DNA of 63,464 nucleotides, filler included, from Chiloscyllium plagiosum (Eukaryota): NCBI RefSeq assembly GCF_004010195.1. It is 4 parts of one record of this genome, joined end to end, with 100 filler letters (N's around TTAATTAATTAA, not from the genome) between each part and the next. Parts side by side here need not be neighbours in the genome. Positions count along the whole stretch, not along the records: positions 1 to 30,092 come from NC_057712.1; positions 30,193 to 43,922 come from NC_057712.1; 2 more parts are not named here. The stretch is one strand, 5' to 3'. The stretch's first letter is position 1. Each line of letters starts with the position of its first letter. The notes beneath the pieces were generated by a model. It had not been told where the DNA came from, made no database searches, and saw only the letters and a list, made by a program, of their open reading frames with translations. The position numbers and the translations under genes are program-made. Shown one piece after another: positions 24,070 through 36,821 of this stretch.

Positions 24070-25030
24070 TCTCTGCGCAAGTCTCCAGCCTAGCTTCATA
24101 TCCTGCTATATCGTTTGGTAATCCTCGTCACTAACTACAGCTCTCCCAACCTTCTGGACATCTCCAAACTTACTAATCAGGACATGTATGTTCTCTTACA
24201 AATCATTGCATATACTATAAAGAGGCCCCAGCACTGCTCCCTGCGGATAACTGTGGGCACAGATCTCCATGCAGAAAATCACCTTTCCACTACTACTCTC
24301 TGCCTTCTATGACTAAGCCAATCTGCATCCATTTCACCAACTCAACATGGATCAAATGCAACTTCACCTTCTTTATCAGCCTGCCATTAAGGACCATGTC
24401 AAAGGCCTTGCTCAAGTTCATACTAACATATCTCACAACCCTACCCTCAATATTCAATACAATCAAGTGTTCTATACATAGGATGCCAATACTAATAAGT
24501 GCATAGTTTTCCAAATTTGACTAAATCCTATCCATTGTAATTTTCTCCAATAATTTCTCTACCACTTACGTAAGGCTTGTCAGCTTGAAATTTCCTGGAT
24601 TGCATGTCTTAAAAGGAACATCATTGACTATTCGCCAGTCCTCTGGCATCTCTCCTGTGACTAAAGAGGATATAAAAATTTCGTACAAGGCTCCAGCAGT
24701 TTTCTCACATGGATACATTTCGGGACTTGAACACCTTAATGCTTTCTGAAGCAGTCAACACCACCTTTTCTTATACTGATATGCCCTAGAATATCAACAT
24801 ACCCCTCCTGAGACTCCCTTTCCACCATGTCCTTTTCCTTTGTGAATGTCGATGCAAAGTACCTCACTCACTTCTTCCTGCTCCATGCATAAATTCCTTC
24901 CTTCGTCCTAGAGTGAACCTACTTGTTCTCAGAGCTACCATCTAGCTCCTTTTGGAAGTATAAAACACCTTGGGTTTTCCTTCATGCTACTTGCCAAACA
25001 CATTTATTGGTCCCATTTTGCCGTTAAAAG
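24070..25030 (-). mobile_element. Degenerate CR1 RT region (continuation of 21270-22706)
   Basis: Minus ORF 24293..24514 contains MNLSKAFDMV. Confidence 0.75.
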
Positions 25031-25279
25031 ATTCCTATATGCCAGATGTGCATTTACCCTCAGACAGCCATCCAAATCTACGTTCCCTAGTTTCTACCTA
25101 ATATTGTCATACTTAGCCTTCTCCCCGAGGGAAATGCTCCCAGGGAGGAACAGGACAGCTCCCACAACCCTGCAAGGGTGCAACAGTTTGCCCACACCAT
25201 GAAGATGCAGGAGCTCGCTCAATGATCAGACCCTGGGTGAACAGACAATGGACAATGTGTAAGCTATCATGCATTTCAA

Positions 25280-26935
25280 ATGGGGTTTAAAATCGCAAGT
25301 ATTAGCACGTGTAGCGTTAAAGCCATTATGCAATGCGTTTCTGCATTGCTTTACCTGGCTATGGCCACAGTGGACCTCCTGTTTCTGCAGGAATATGCAA
25401 TACCGTACCTCAGCATCTACAGAAAATGGTCAAGCTTATGGTCCCACAGGCCTTCAGTTTGATTCTATCACAACTTCACCATCTCCAAGCTTAAGGAGTT
25501 GGCGGGAATGCACCTCCTTGCAGCAGATGTTATGGACAGAAACACTTCCTTGAGACTATTTAACATTTACACACCAGTATTAAATAGTGTGTGGCTGGCC
25601 ATCCTGCAACAATTCCCACTGCTGCTGGCAATGTCTTGGTCTGTCTTCCTGACTGGAAACCTGAACTGCATCTTTGATGCAAATGGAAGATCTGGTGAGG
25701 TGACACCAAATCGGATGTCACTTCTAAATTCCTGATGGAAGTGGTAAAAGTTGCTAAGCTGCACGACAGCTTCAGCACACCTGTAGATGGAACACAACAT
25801 AGATATGCGTGGTGGTGGCCAGATGGGTCTACTTGCTCAAGGATAGACTTCCTGTGTCTGACATCAAAGATGGTGTTCTTCTCTGCCCATTGCCTCCTGC
25901 TGGCCAACTGTCTCCTACACTATGATCAGTGGGCCAGCAAAGGAACGTGGAAGCTATATTTGAAACTGTTGACCCCAGAACACATTGAGGTGCTCCAAAG
26001 GGAGTACACACATTGGAAAACCAATGAAAACCCTGGGTCTTCAGAAGGCAAGAAACAAGAAAGATGTGAGCCTGAGAGGGGTGACTATTCCAGGCAGTGG
26101 AGGTCTGCAGGTCAAAATTTCAGGGGGGGGGGGGGGGGGGGAAATGGGGTGCAGGTGGAAAGAATGCACCCAATATCACCCTCATCCTGAGTGTGGCTTC
26201 ATCAAACTGTGCAAACACCCTCAGTATGTCAACACCAACTGTCATTACATACTGAGATTCTACCTGTCCCCCACGTCGCAAAGGATGGGACTGGCCTCAG
26301 CTCCAAATAGTTAGACCATTCCATACCACCAGTCCTTCATGGAGAAATTTATAGAGGAAAAACCCTTTGACCACAACTCCATCAGGAAGCAGTAAGCACA
26401 TAGTGTCCTCAATACCCTATGAGAAAAGGAGAGGGTGGATCCTGTTGGGTTGTTCCCTGCGCAGCCATTTGGTAGAATGCCTCATCGCCAGAACTTTCCA
26501 ACAAGCACAGAGCCATCACTTGCCTGGTTGTGAGAAGGGCACTACTTGTGAGATCCTTCATGTATGCCCAGAATCTGTTCTACCATACACTGCCCTCAAA
26601 CCAGCTACAAGGGAGTAGAGACTGTCACACATCTCCTTCTGGAATGTGCCTTTACAAAGGAAGACTGGGGAGAGATGCAGTGGTTTGTGTTGAGGTTCAT
26701 TCCAAGCAGCTCCATGACAGAGCTCTGCACTCTATGATCTGTTCCCCAAGATGAACACAGAAAAATAGCAACTGCATCTGGACAATCATCGATGAAAAAT
26801 ATAAGGAATTGAACTCGACAGAGTGTCGCAGACTGGCGCATTCCAAAAAGGTCCAGGACTACGTGCTCAGGGACATAATAAAGCTTGGGGCAGCTGCTGA
26901 CAAGGGACAGTGGGGAAAGACCACTGAAGGTATTT
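25280..26935 (+). mobile_element. Internally deleted Tx1/L1-clade non-LTR retrotransposon remnant
   Basis: APE endonuclease motifs MGFKIASI...DLLFLQE, LRLFNIY, GNLNC, W.WPDGS.CSRIDF and GTWKL; about 26470-26930 shows ASSPELSNK, RRALLVRSFM and ETVTHLLLEC (C-terminal Cys-rich region); RT core absent. Confidence 0.78.
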
Positions 26936-26943
26936 CTGCCAAA

Positions 26944-27232
26944 ACACGGTGGTTCAGTGGTTAGCACTGCTGCCTCACAGCACCAGGGACCCGGGTTCAA
27001 TTCCCAATTTGCACATTCTCCCAGTGTCTGTGTGGGTTTCCTCTGGGTACTCTGGTTTCCTCCCATCGTCCAAAGATGTGGTTAGGTGAATTGGTTATGC
27101 TAAATTGCCCGTAGTGTTAGGTGCATTAGTCAAGTGTAAATATAGGGGAATGGTTCTGGTTGGGTTGCTGTTCGGAGGGTCGGTGTGGACTAGTTGAGCC
27201 AAAGGCCTATTTCCACACTGTATGGAATCTAT
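26944..27232 (+). mobile_element. HE1-type SINE
   Basis: acacggtggttcagtggttagcactgctgcctcacagc head, core and tail. Confidence 0.9.
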
Positions 27233-27449
27233 GGAAACAATAGGAGTCCGTTCAGTTATCAGATCCTCTCACTGCCTCAGATGTAAGTAAATATAGTCTC
27301 GTATATGTAAGAAATACCTTGGATTTTTTTGTATTTGCAGAGAATACCAAATTCCAATCTTGTTATTCGTATGCAAGACTGAATGCTTCAGTGACTGTAT
27401 GTATATAAAGATCTGTATCAATAATGCATATTTTTGCAATATAAAAAAA

Positions 27450-29090
27450 ACTTTCCCTTGAGGACTACTCTTGTCTTCAGGCAGAAGTAACTTAAAATTT
27501 ACAAAATTATGGTCACTGTTCCTGAGATGCTTCCTCACTGAAACTTCAATCACCTGGCCAGGATGACTCCCCAATACCACGTTGAGCATGGCCTCGTTCC
27601 AAGTTCAAGTGTTTACATGTTGTTTCAAAACAACGTCATGGATGCACCTAACAATTCCCACACCCATCAAAACCCCTGGCATTAACAGAGTCCAAGTCAA
27701 TATGGGAGGAGTTAAAATCATCCACCATTATTTTTTTTTCCATATTTTTCCATAATCTGACTGTTTCATGTCTGTTCCTCTATCTCCTGCTGGCTGTTGG
27801 GAGGCCTGTAGTATAATCCCACCAAAGTGATGGCCCTCCAAGATGACCTTCCTCAGGACAGCTGTGATACTCTCCCTTATCAACAATGCAATCCCCCCCA
27901 CGTCATTTACATCCCTCTCTATCTCACTCGGAACATCTAAATACAGGAATATTAAGCTGCCAGTCATTGCCTTCTCTCAACCAAGTCTCTGTAATAGTTA
28001 CATCATAGCTATGTGTACCAATCCAAAGTTCATCTACCCTACCTGCCATTCTCCTCATTAAAACAAATACAACCTTGCCATGTTCAATAAGCTCTCCAAT
28101 CTCTTCTTCCTCTGAGCTTTACTGGCCTTAGGTGTCTAACTCCCTGTCAGTTGTTTCACATGCAGACCTATTGCTCTGGTTCCCAGCCCTCTGTCACACC
28201 AGTTTAAACAGAGTGACACTAGCAAACTTCCCTTCCAGGATATAGGTGCCCTTCCATTTTGTCAGTGCGAACTGGCTATAATGTGACTGATGAACTGTGG
28301 ATGTTACAAACCTTCTACTGAATAGGTACAGCGATTTTCTATAGCGTGGTTTTCGATAGCAGTTTCCCATAGCGCATGTTTGCAGAGGAACACAACTATC
28401 GCATTATAGCGAAACAACCTGAATTTCACTGACTGACACATACACACGAAGTAATCCTGAGATTAAAACTCTGGCAGTCCTGCTTTACAACTTCCTTCCC
28501 AACTCCTTTTTCAACATCTCATCTCTCTTTCTGCCTATATGGACCAGAGTCTCTTGCTGCTCAGCCTCCCCCTTCACAATATCCTCTGCTCACACAGTGC
28601 CAAGGTTAAGGATGTCTCTAAGGAGGTAACACACCATCCTGGAGTCTTGCTCATGGCTAAAGAAACACCCATGCCCTGACTATGAAGTGCCCTATATGTA
28701 GCTCTCACATACAGCAGAGGGTGGAAGTGTATGTCAGTGAGTCAGTCATGGCACCAATGATCTGATTGCTGCTGCCCTCCTTGACAGTCCACCCCCTCCC
28801 CCCCCCTGCAAATCATTATCCAAAATGGTATGCCCGTTTGGGGGAGGGGGGGAAAGAGAGATGGTGGGGTGGGGATTGCCACAGGGGACCCCTACCCTGC
28901 CTGCCCTCGTTTATTCAACTTCCTGGTGGGCACCCAATTCTTCTGCCTGTGTAGCCCTTAATAGTGGTACGACCACATGCTAAACATGCTATTCATGACA
29001 ATCTCCGCCTCATTGATTCTCCATAGTGAGTCCATCCACAGATCCAGACTCTCCATACAGCAAATCAGTAGCTGCAACGGAATATAATTC
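27450..29090 (-). mobile_element. Degenerate CR1 5' region (ORF1 esterase plus ORF2 endonuclease)
   Basis: Minus ORF pieces GGIALLIRESITAV and GQVIEVSV.KHLRNSDHN; similar to 58300-59488. Confidence 0.7.
28261..28421. mobile_element. Right part of the MITE family seen at 16372-16556
   Basis: ttgcagaggaacacaactatcgcattatagcgaaacaacctg matches the right end of the 16372 element. Confidence 0.7.
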
Positions 29091-29115
29091 CTGAATACAG
29101 GTTGTTCTGCTATAA

Positions 29116-29669
29116 ATGGGAGACTGATTAGCAAGGTTAGATCTCATGGAATACAGGGAGAACTAGCCATTTGGATACAGAACTGGCTCAAAGGTAGAAG
29201 ACAGAGGGTAGTGGTGGAGGGTTGTTTTTCAGACTGGAGGCCTGTGACCAATGGAGTGCCACAAGGATCAGTGCTGGGCCCTCTACTTTCTGTAATTTAC
29301 ATAAATGATTTGGATGCGAGCATAAGAGGTACAGTTAGTAAGTTTGCAGATGACACCAAAATTGGAGGTGTAGTGGACAGCAAAGAGGGTTACCTCAGAT
29401 TATAACAGGATCTGGACCAGATGGGCCAATGGGCTGAGGTTTGGCAAATGGAGTTTAATTTAGATAAATGCAAGGTGCTGCATTTTGGGAAAGCAAAGCT
29501 TAGCAGGACTTATACACTTAATGGTAAGGTCCTAGGGAGTCTTGCTGAACAAAGAGACCTTGGAGTGAAGGTTCATAGCTCCTTGAAAGTGGAGTCGCAG
29601 GTAGATAGGATAGAGAAGGTGGTGTTTGGTATGCTTTCCTTTATTGGTCAGATTACTGAGTACAGGAGT
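29116..29669 (+). mobile_element. CR1 RT fragment (young), joined to an inverted CR1 segment
   Basis: ORFs [12 protein letters not shown]...SKFADDTKIGG and WQMEFNLDKCKVLHFG. Confidence 0.9.
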
Positions 29670-29746
29670 TGGCTAGTTCTCCCTGTATTCCATGAGATCT
29701 AACCTTGCTAATCAGTCTCCCATTTATAGCAGAACAACCTGTATTC

Positions 29747-30092
29747 TAACCTTGCTAATCAGTCTCCCATGGGGAACCTTGTCGAACGCCTTACTGAAGT
29801 CCATATAGATCACATTTACTGCTCTGCCCTCAGCAATCTTCTTTGTTACTTCTTCTAAATACTCAATCAAGTTTGAGACATGATTTCCCATGCACAAAGC
29901 CATGATGACTATCCCAAATCAGTCCTTGCCTTTCCAAATACATGTACACCCTGTCCCTCAGCATTCCCTCCAACAACTTGCCCACCGCCGAGGTCAGGCA
30001 CACTAGTCTATGGTTCCATGGCTTGTCCTTACCACCCTTCTTAAACAGTGGCACCACGTTAGCCAACCTCCGGTTCTCCGGCACCTCACCTG
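29747..30092 (-). mobile_element. CR1 RT fragment running into a gap
   Basis: Minus ORF ANVVPLFKKGGKDKP...HGFVHGKSC. Confidence 0.9.
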
Positions 30093-30192
30093 NNNNNNNN
30101 NNNNNNNNNNNNNNNNNNNNNNNNNNNNNNNNNNNNTTAATTAATTAANNNNNNNNNNNNNNNNNNNNNNNNNNNNNNNNNNNNNNNNNNNN
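30093..30192. other. Artificial scaffold join: 44 N + TTAATTAATTAA + 44 N
   Basis: Identical 100-bp construct at 43923-44022 and 58200-58299; the 12-mer gives stops in all six frames. Confidence 0.95.
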
Positions 30193-30440
30193 CCGCCGAA
30201 GCGCAACCCACCCATACATTTACCCCTTACCTAACACTACGGGCAATTTAGCATGGCCAATTCACCTGACCTACACATCTTTGGACTGTGGGAGGAAACC
30301 AGAGCACCCGGAGGAAACCCACGCAGACACGGGGAGAACGTGCAAACTCCACACATCAGGCGCCTGAGGCGGGAATTGAACCCGGGTCTCTGACGCTGTG
30401 AGGCAGCAGTGCTAACCACTGTGCCACCGTGCCGCCCACA
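30193..30440 (-). mobile_element. HE1-type SINE, tail cut by the gap
   Basis: Reverse complement of the SINE at 14841. Confidence 0.93.
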
Positions 30441-30589
30441 AATGTTGCATCCTTTTAAGTTTCAAATTTTACATGTTATGGCTGTTGAAAAGTAGAATAA
30501 CAGATGCGTTATCGTGGATTGAATAGAAATGGCATGCATATGATGGAACCGGATGAGACCAATGCTATATAGTTGTGCAGAATATGACC

Positions 30590-32316
30590 TCGGAAAGATC
30601 ACCAAGGCGGCCTCCGTGTGGAACCGCTGGAGATGGCGGAGATGTTAAACAAGTACATTGCATCAATGTTTACTCAAGAAAAGGACGTGGAAGAGATAGA
30701 CTGTAGGGAAATAGATGGTGACAGCTTGAAAAAATGCCCATGTTACAAAAGAGGAATTGCTGGATATTTTGAAAGACGGAAAAGTGGATACATCCCGCAA
30801 GACATGGTCAGCTGTACCTTAGAACTCCGTAGGAAGCTTGGGAAGTGATTGCTGGGCCTCTCATGAGATATTTGAATCATCACTAGTCACAGGTGAGGTT
30901 ATGACAGACTGGAGGTTCGCTAACCTGGTGCCACTGTTTAAGCAGGCTGTTAAGGATATGCCACGGAACGATAGACAAGTGTGCCTGACGTCGATTGAAG
31001 GCGAGTTTTTGGAAGGAAGCCTGTGGGACAGGATGTACATATATTTGAAAATGCAACGACTGATTGGTGTTAGTCAATAAGGCTTTGTACGTGGGTAATC
31101 ATGTCTGACAAAACTGGTTGTCTTTTGAAGAAATAAAAAAGATGTCTGATGAGGGCAGAGCGGTGGACGTGATCTATATGGACTTCAATAACGCATTCAA
31201 CAAAATTTCTCAAGGGACACTGGTAAGCAAAATTCCATCTCATTGAAAACAGGGAGAACTAGCCATTTGGATACAAGCTCAAAGGTAAAATACAGAGGGT
31301 GGTGGCGGAAGGTTTTTTTTTCAGACTGGAGGCCTGTGACCAGTGCAGTGCCACAAGGATCGTTTCTGGATCCATTACTTTTCGTCATTGGGATAAATGA
31401 TTTTGATATGAGCACAAGAGGTACAGTTAGTAAGTTTGCAGATCACACCAAAATTGGAGTTTTAGTGGACAGCGAAGCATGTTATTTCAGATTACAACGT
31501 GATGGGCCAATGGGTTGAGAAGTTGCACTTGTACATTAATTAAGATAAATGTAAGGTGAAATATTTCGTTAAAGTAGATCTTAGCAGGACTTATACACTT
31601 AGTGGTAAGGTTCTAGGGAGTGTTGCTGAGCCAAGAGACCTTGGAGTGCAGGTGTATAGCTCCTTGAAAATGGAGCTACAAAAACACAGGATAGGGAAGA
31701 AGGTATTTGGCATGCTTTCCTTTATTGGTCAGAGTTATGGAGTTGGGAGGTCATGTTTCGGCTTGAATAAAATATTGGTTAGTCCGCAGTTCTGGTCTTC
31801 TTCCTACAGATGAATGTTTTGTACTTGAAACGGTTAAGAATAAAATTACAAGAATGTTGAGGGAGTTGGAGGATTTCAGAATCAGGAAGCGGTTTAATAG
31901 GGTGGGCCTGTTTCCCTTGGAGCGTAGGAGGGTGAAATGTGACCTTACAGAGATTTATAAAATTGTGAGCGAGATGGATCGGATAAGTAGACAATGTCAC
32001 TTCCCTGGCGGGGTAGTTTAGAACTAGAGTGTATAGGTTTAGTTTGAGCGAGGATAGATATAAAGGATACTTCAGGGGCAACGTTTTCACGCAGAGGGTG
32101 GTACGTGTATGGCGTGAGCTGCAAGAGGTAGTGCTGGAGGCGAATACGATTGCAACATTCAAGACGCATCTTGATGGGTATATGGGTAGGATGGGTTTAG
32201 AGGGGTGTGTGTCGGTGCTGGCAGGTGAGAATGAATTGCGCTGAGATATGTGGTCGGCATGTACGAGTTGGATGGAATGGACTGTTTCCATGCTGTACAT
32301 CTCTTGAACTCTATGA
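30590..32316 (+). mobile_element. Degenerate CR1 LINE
   Basis: WRFANLVPLFK, VPQGS, SKFADHTKIG and FTQRVVRVWREL motifs; ctctatgac tail. Confidence 0.88.
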
Positions 32317-33099
32317 CAGCATAATTTAGATGAATGTCGAGATGCGAGGGGTGCTGGAAAAGCGCAATAGGTCAAGACGCATCCGAGGAGCAAACAAATC
32401 AACGTTTCGGGCAGGAGCTCTTCATCAGATTAATATTCTATATATTTCATAGTAATGCTTTTCAGAATTAGAGAAGTAAAGTACACCATATTTTTATTGA
32501 AGATTCTTTACTTACGTATTTTTTTAAAAGTAAGTAATCTTTCCAATGCAAAATAATTCGTGGAACAAAATATACTAAGCGGGCACTTTCAAAAAGTGTA
32601 GTCGCAAATACGAGTAGCACTTCTTTTAGTTATTGCGATTGAAAGCTGGGTTTGGAGAGATGTAGGTCGGTGCTGGCAGGTGAGAATGAATTGCTTTGAG
32701 ATATGTGGTCGGCATGGACGAGTTGGATGGAATGGACTGTTTCCATGCTGTACATCTCTTGAACTCTATGACAGTATAATTTAGATGAATGTCGAGATGA
32801 GAGGGGTGCTGGAAAAGCGCAATAGGTCAAGACGCATCCGAGGAGCAAACAAATCAACGTTTCGGGCAGGAGCTCTTCATCAGATTAATATTCTATATAT
32901 TTCATAGTAATGCTTTTCAGAATTAGAGAAGTAAAGTACACCATATTTTTATTGAAGATTCTTTACTTACGTATTTTTTTAAAAGTAAGTAATCTTTCCA
33001 ATGCAAAATAATTCGTGGAACAAAATATACTAAGCGGGCACTTTCAAAAAGTGTTGTCACAAATACGAGTAGCACTTCTTTTAGTCATTGCGATTGAAA
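32192..33099. repeat. Direct tandem duplication with a 455-bp period (CR1 tail + Penelope pLTR piece + unique AT-rich DNA)
   Basis: gtcggtgctggcaggtgagaatg at 32211 and 32666; both units end gcgattgaaa; only a few substitutions. Confidence 0.92.
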
Positions 33100-34384
33100 A
33101 ATTAAAATGCTCTAATCTGACTAATAATTAAACTTTACCATGAAGGTGACCTTGCAATACCTGCATTTTACATGTATTATAGTCGATAATTTGAACAGAT
33201 ATTTGCCAGAATTCACAATGGGAATATACACCATCTGACTTTAATTAGCATCAATACATGATACTGATGATTCAGAAATTTGAAAGGCAGGTCGAGGAAT
33301 TTTGGCCACAGTTCAGGCATTGTCTCCCGAAATGTCTCCCAGCTCGTTCCATTTATCAGGTCTGTTTCCATCGCCACTAATGTTCGTACATTTCCATGAC
33401 GCTTCGTATCCACATTCACAAACTCTGTATAAAGAAGTTTCTCCTCTTATCACTCCGAGCTCTTATCGTGACGGTCTTGAAATTGGAACTGCTAGCTAAC
33501 TTATTATGAACTAATGTACAAAAATATCTTTTATTTTTCCTGCCCTGCACAGTTTGCGATGATTTTGAGCAACTAAGTAAGTCCACAAAATAGAATTTCG
33601 GTTCCAAGAAAAATAGGCCCAATTTCTCTCTTCCTTCCAATTTATATCGTTCATTCCAGATTTCATTCCAGTTACTTATAATGTTACTGGTATTCTTCGA
33701 CAAAGTCATGCATTGTTTGTGTGTGTGTATATATATATATATATGTCCCCATGTGAATATAGCTGTGGATATGTGCATCTCTGTTTTGGTCCTTCGGTGT
33801 GCACTTGTAACAGTATGTATACTGAACCAACCACCATATTTCGACTCAAATTACAGAATGAGATGTAATTAATCCCCACGAGGTTGAGAAAACATGCAAC
33901 ATTTCTAAGCGGTCCAGTATCAAATGAGTAAGATTCTATTTTATTGTTGGAATGGGAGAGTGAACAGCTAACATTCATAGACTGAAACAAAAATAATTAT
34001 GGCCATTTGTTGTGATTTTTGAACAGACACTTATTTAGTTTTCTTCTCAGAGTATAAATGCCATTTGTTTTTCATGTCTGATTTGCCTTCGTTTTGATCA
34101 ATACACAATTATCGTTCTTGGAAAAAGCATAGTTTGCTTGAAATGCGCAGTAGTTCTTATGAGCAAGCAGCATCAACATAGAGTAGTAGAATTGGCCTGA
34201 ATATATAAACTTTCACTCATCGTGTTCACGCATGAGTAGGTCAGGTGCAAGAGTCAGGGGTAAATGCAGAGTAATAGTGTTGGGGATTGGATCAGTGTGT
34301 GCTACTCTGCAGAGGATCAGTGTGGATATATTGGCCAAATGTCCTGTTTCCACGATGGAGGGATTTTATGATTCTGTGATTTCT

Positions 34385-36821
34385 TCATAAGGAGGATGGT
34401 TATTGTATGGCCAAGGATGTCTCCCATCATGCTTTGGGCATACTGAACGGGGAGGGTCAGCAGCCAACTGTCGTGGTTCACATTGGTACTAATCGCATAG
34501 GTAGAAAGAGAGGAAAGATTTTGCAAGGGATGTTCAGGGATCTAGGCTTGCGTTGAAACGCAAAATCTCCACTGTTGTAATCTTGGGAATACAACTCTTG
34601 CCACGTGGAATGGAGAAAGGTAAAAGGACGATAGTACAGTTGAATATGTGCCGTAACATCTAGTTCAGGAGGAGTGTTTCTGATTTTTGGATCAATTGGG
34701 TCTCTTCCATGGCAGATGGGACCTGTCAATAAAGAACCGGTTGAATTTTTAGTGGAGGTGCACTAATATACTTGCAGGGAGGTTTGATTCTGCAACTCGG
34801 GTAGATTTAAAGCAATGAGACAGGAGGCTGGGAATCAAAGCAACAGGTCAGAAAGTGAGCAGAAAGTAGAGTTTAATAGGATCAACAGACAGCGCCAGTC
34901 GAATGACAATGGTGAGGGAAGGAATCATTAATAAAATGTGATTTTAAAATTGGAGTAAATGGTAGAGCTGAGGCTCAATTTTCTCAGCGATTAACAAATA
35001 AGAATGAAAAATGTGGAAGATGCGAGAGAGGAGGTGCGTGAGATCAGGAAGCCAGTGCACAAGAAAATATTGATTTGGAAAGACGAATCACGAGAGCTTA
35101 TTGAACAACCTTGTACCTAAAAGCACGCAGTATTTATAATAAAATTGATGAGCTAAGCGCACAACTAGAGAAAATTAATTATGACCTGGTGGGGATTACC
35201 GTAACTTTACAGGCAGATCAGGTTGGAGCAGTTAACTGTCCAAGGACAAGTATTCCTGAAGGACAGAGAAGGCGGAACAGGTGGTGGAATTGTTGTATAG
35301 TTTAAGAATGATATCAAGGCTGTATTACGAAATGAGATTGGTACGCCAGAACAAAATAAAAATCAGAAAATAAAAAGAAAGGGAAGAAACCTCTTGGTAA
35401 GAGTAATTTTCAGCCACCTCCCTCCCAAAATACTCCTCATGTGGGTAATAATGAGGCCATACGACAAGGTCACAAGGTGCTATGAAAATCCATATTGACT
35501 CAATTAATCAATTTAACAAGGGAGGTCTGGTAGAAAACAAAATCATAAAGATTATGAGGGGTTGTTTGTAATTCCAGCGAAAATGAAGAAATGTAAGAAG
35601 GGGGATAACTTGCCGAGGGTGTCTGAGGAAATAGGCAAGCTTATCCAATTGAAAGAGGAGACATACAAAATGGCCAAAAACAGCGTGAAACGAGAAGATT
35701 GGGAAGAATTTTAAAGATCAAAAGAAAGCCATATAAAGAGCTCGACAGAAAATTAAAACAGACTTTTCGGAAAAATTAAAACTAACACAACATATAAAGA
35801 CAGACAGCAAACGTTTCTATCAAGGTATAAAACGAAAAAGAGTGGCTAAAATAAACGTTGGTCCTTCAGAGGATGAGAAGGGACATTTAGTTATCGGATA
35901 TGATGAAATGGTCGAGGCATTGAGCGGGTATTTTGTATCGTTTTTCACAGTTGATGATTCTAATAACTTGATAATAACTAACAAAGTAAGGAAGGAAGGT
36001 GAGGACCTGGAAAAAATCATTATCACGGAAGAGCTAATGTTGGGGTAAGGTAATGAAACTAAGAATAAACAAGTCCCCTATCCATGACGGAATACATCCC
36101 TGAGTACGAAAAGAAATGGCAGAGGATATCGCAGATGTACTGGCGGTAATATTCTAAACTTCGTTGGACTCTGGTGCAGTCGCATATGATTGGAAAACAG
36201 CAAACATTACACTCTGTTTAAAAAAGGCAGGTAGACAAAGGTGAGGAATTATATAACAATTAGCACAATTCCTCGATAATGAGGAAGAGGCTTGAGTCTA
36301 ATGTCAATCAAGAAATAACAATGTATCTTGAAAGAAATTGTCCTGTTGGACAGACACCGCATGGGTTCATGAAGGGCAGATCGTAGTTTACAAATGTCTT
36401 GGAATTCTATAAAGGCATTGCGAGGAACATGAACAACTGGAACAAGTGAATGTTCCGAGATTTCAAAATGTATTTGACATGATGTCAAATAAGAGGCTGC
36501 AGCATAGGATGAGAATACATGGCAATACGTGAAAGAGTATTAGAGTAGACAGAGGATTGTTTGATTAGTAGGAAGCAAAGTGTGGGCACAGATGAGTACT
36601 CTTCTGGCTGTCAATTGGTGATTTGGAGTTGGGGACGACGAGTTATGTGAAAGTTTGCAGGTGGCAGTAAGGAGAGCGCAAAGAAGTGTTTGCAGAACAT
36701 TGTGAAACTCTAGAAGATCATATATACGTTGAATGATTCGGCAAAAGTCTGGCAAAAGCAATGCAATGTTCTAAAATGTTTAATCATTCATTTTGGTAGG
36801 AGTCACTGTGAAAAAGATTAT
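34385..36821 (+). mobile_element. Highly degenerate CR1 (ORF1 esterase to RT), ending at a gap
   Basis: VVVHIGTN-like coding at about 34470, YLKARSIYNKIDEL, KINVGP..DEKG and WQKQCNV.KC.IIHFGR. Confidence 0.78.

Noticed and set aside
26122..26141. Poly-G run as a functional G-quadruplex
   Set aside because: A simple homopolymer inside a decayed element; possibly a sequencing artefact.
18041..30092. A following Elongin A exon (RQ.KMAFV...KPPR) on + after the pseudo-exon
   Set aside because: Looked for by eye and not found; the best AG candidate near 19768 does not translate to it.
33213..33499. ORFs 33213..33419 and 33302..33499 as a host exon
   Set aside because: The minus strand reads as a decayed CR1 3' end (KRRNFFIQSL*MW, compare RNFFTQRVVNVW).
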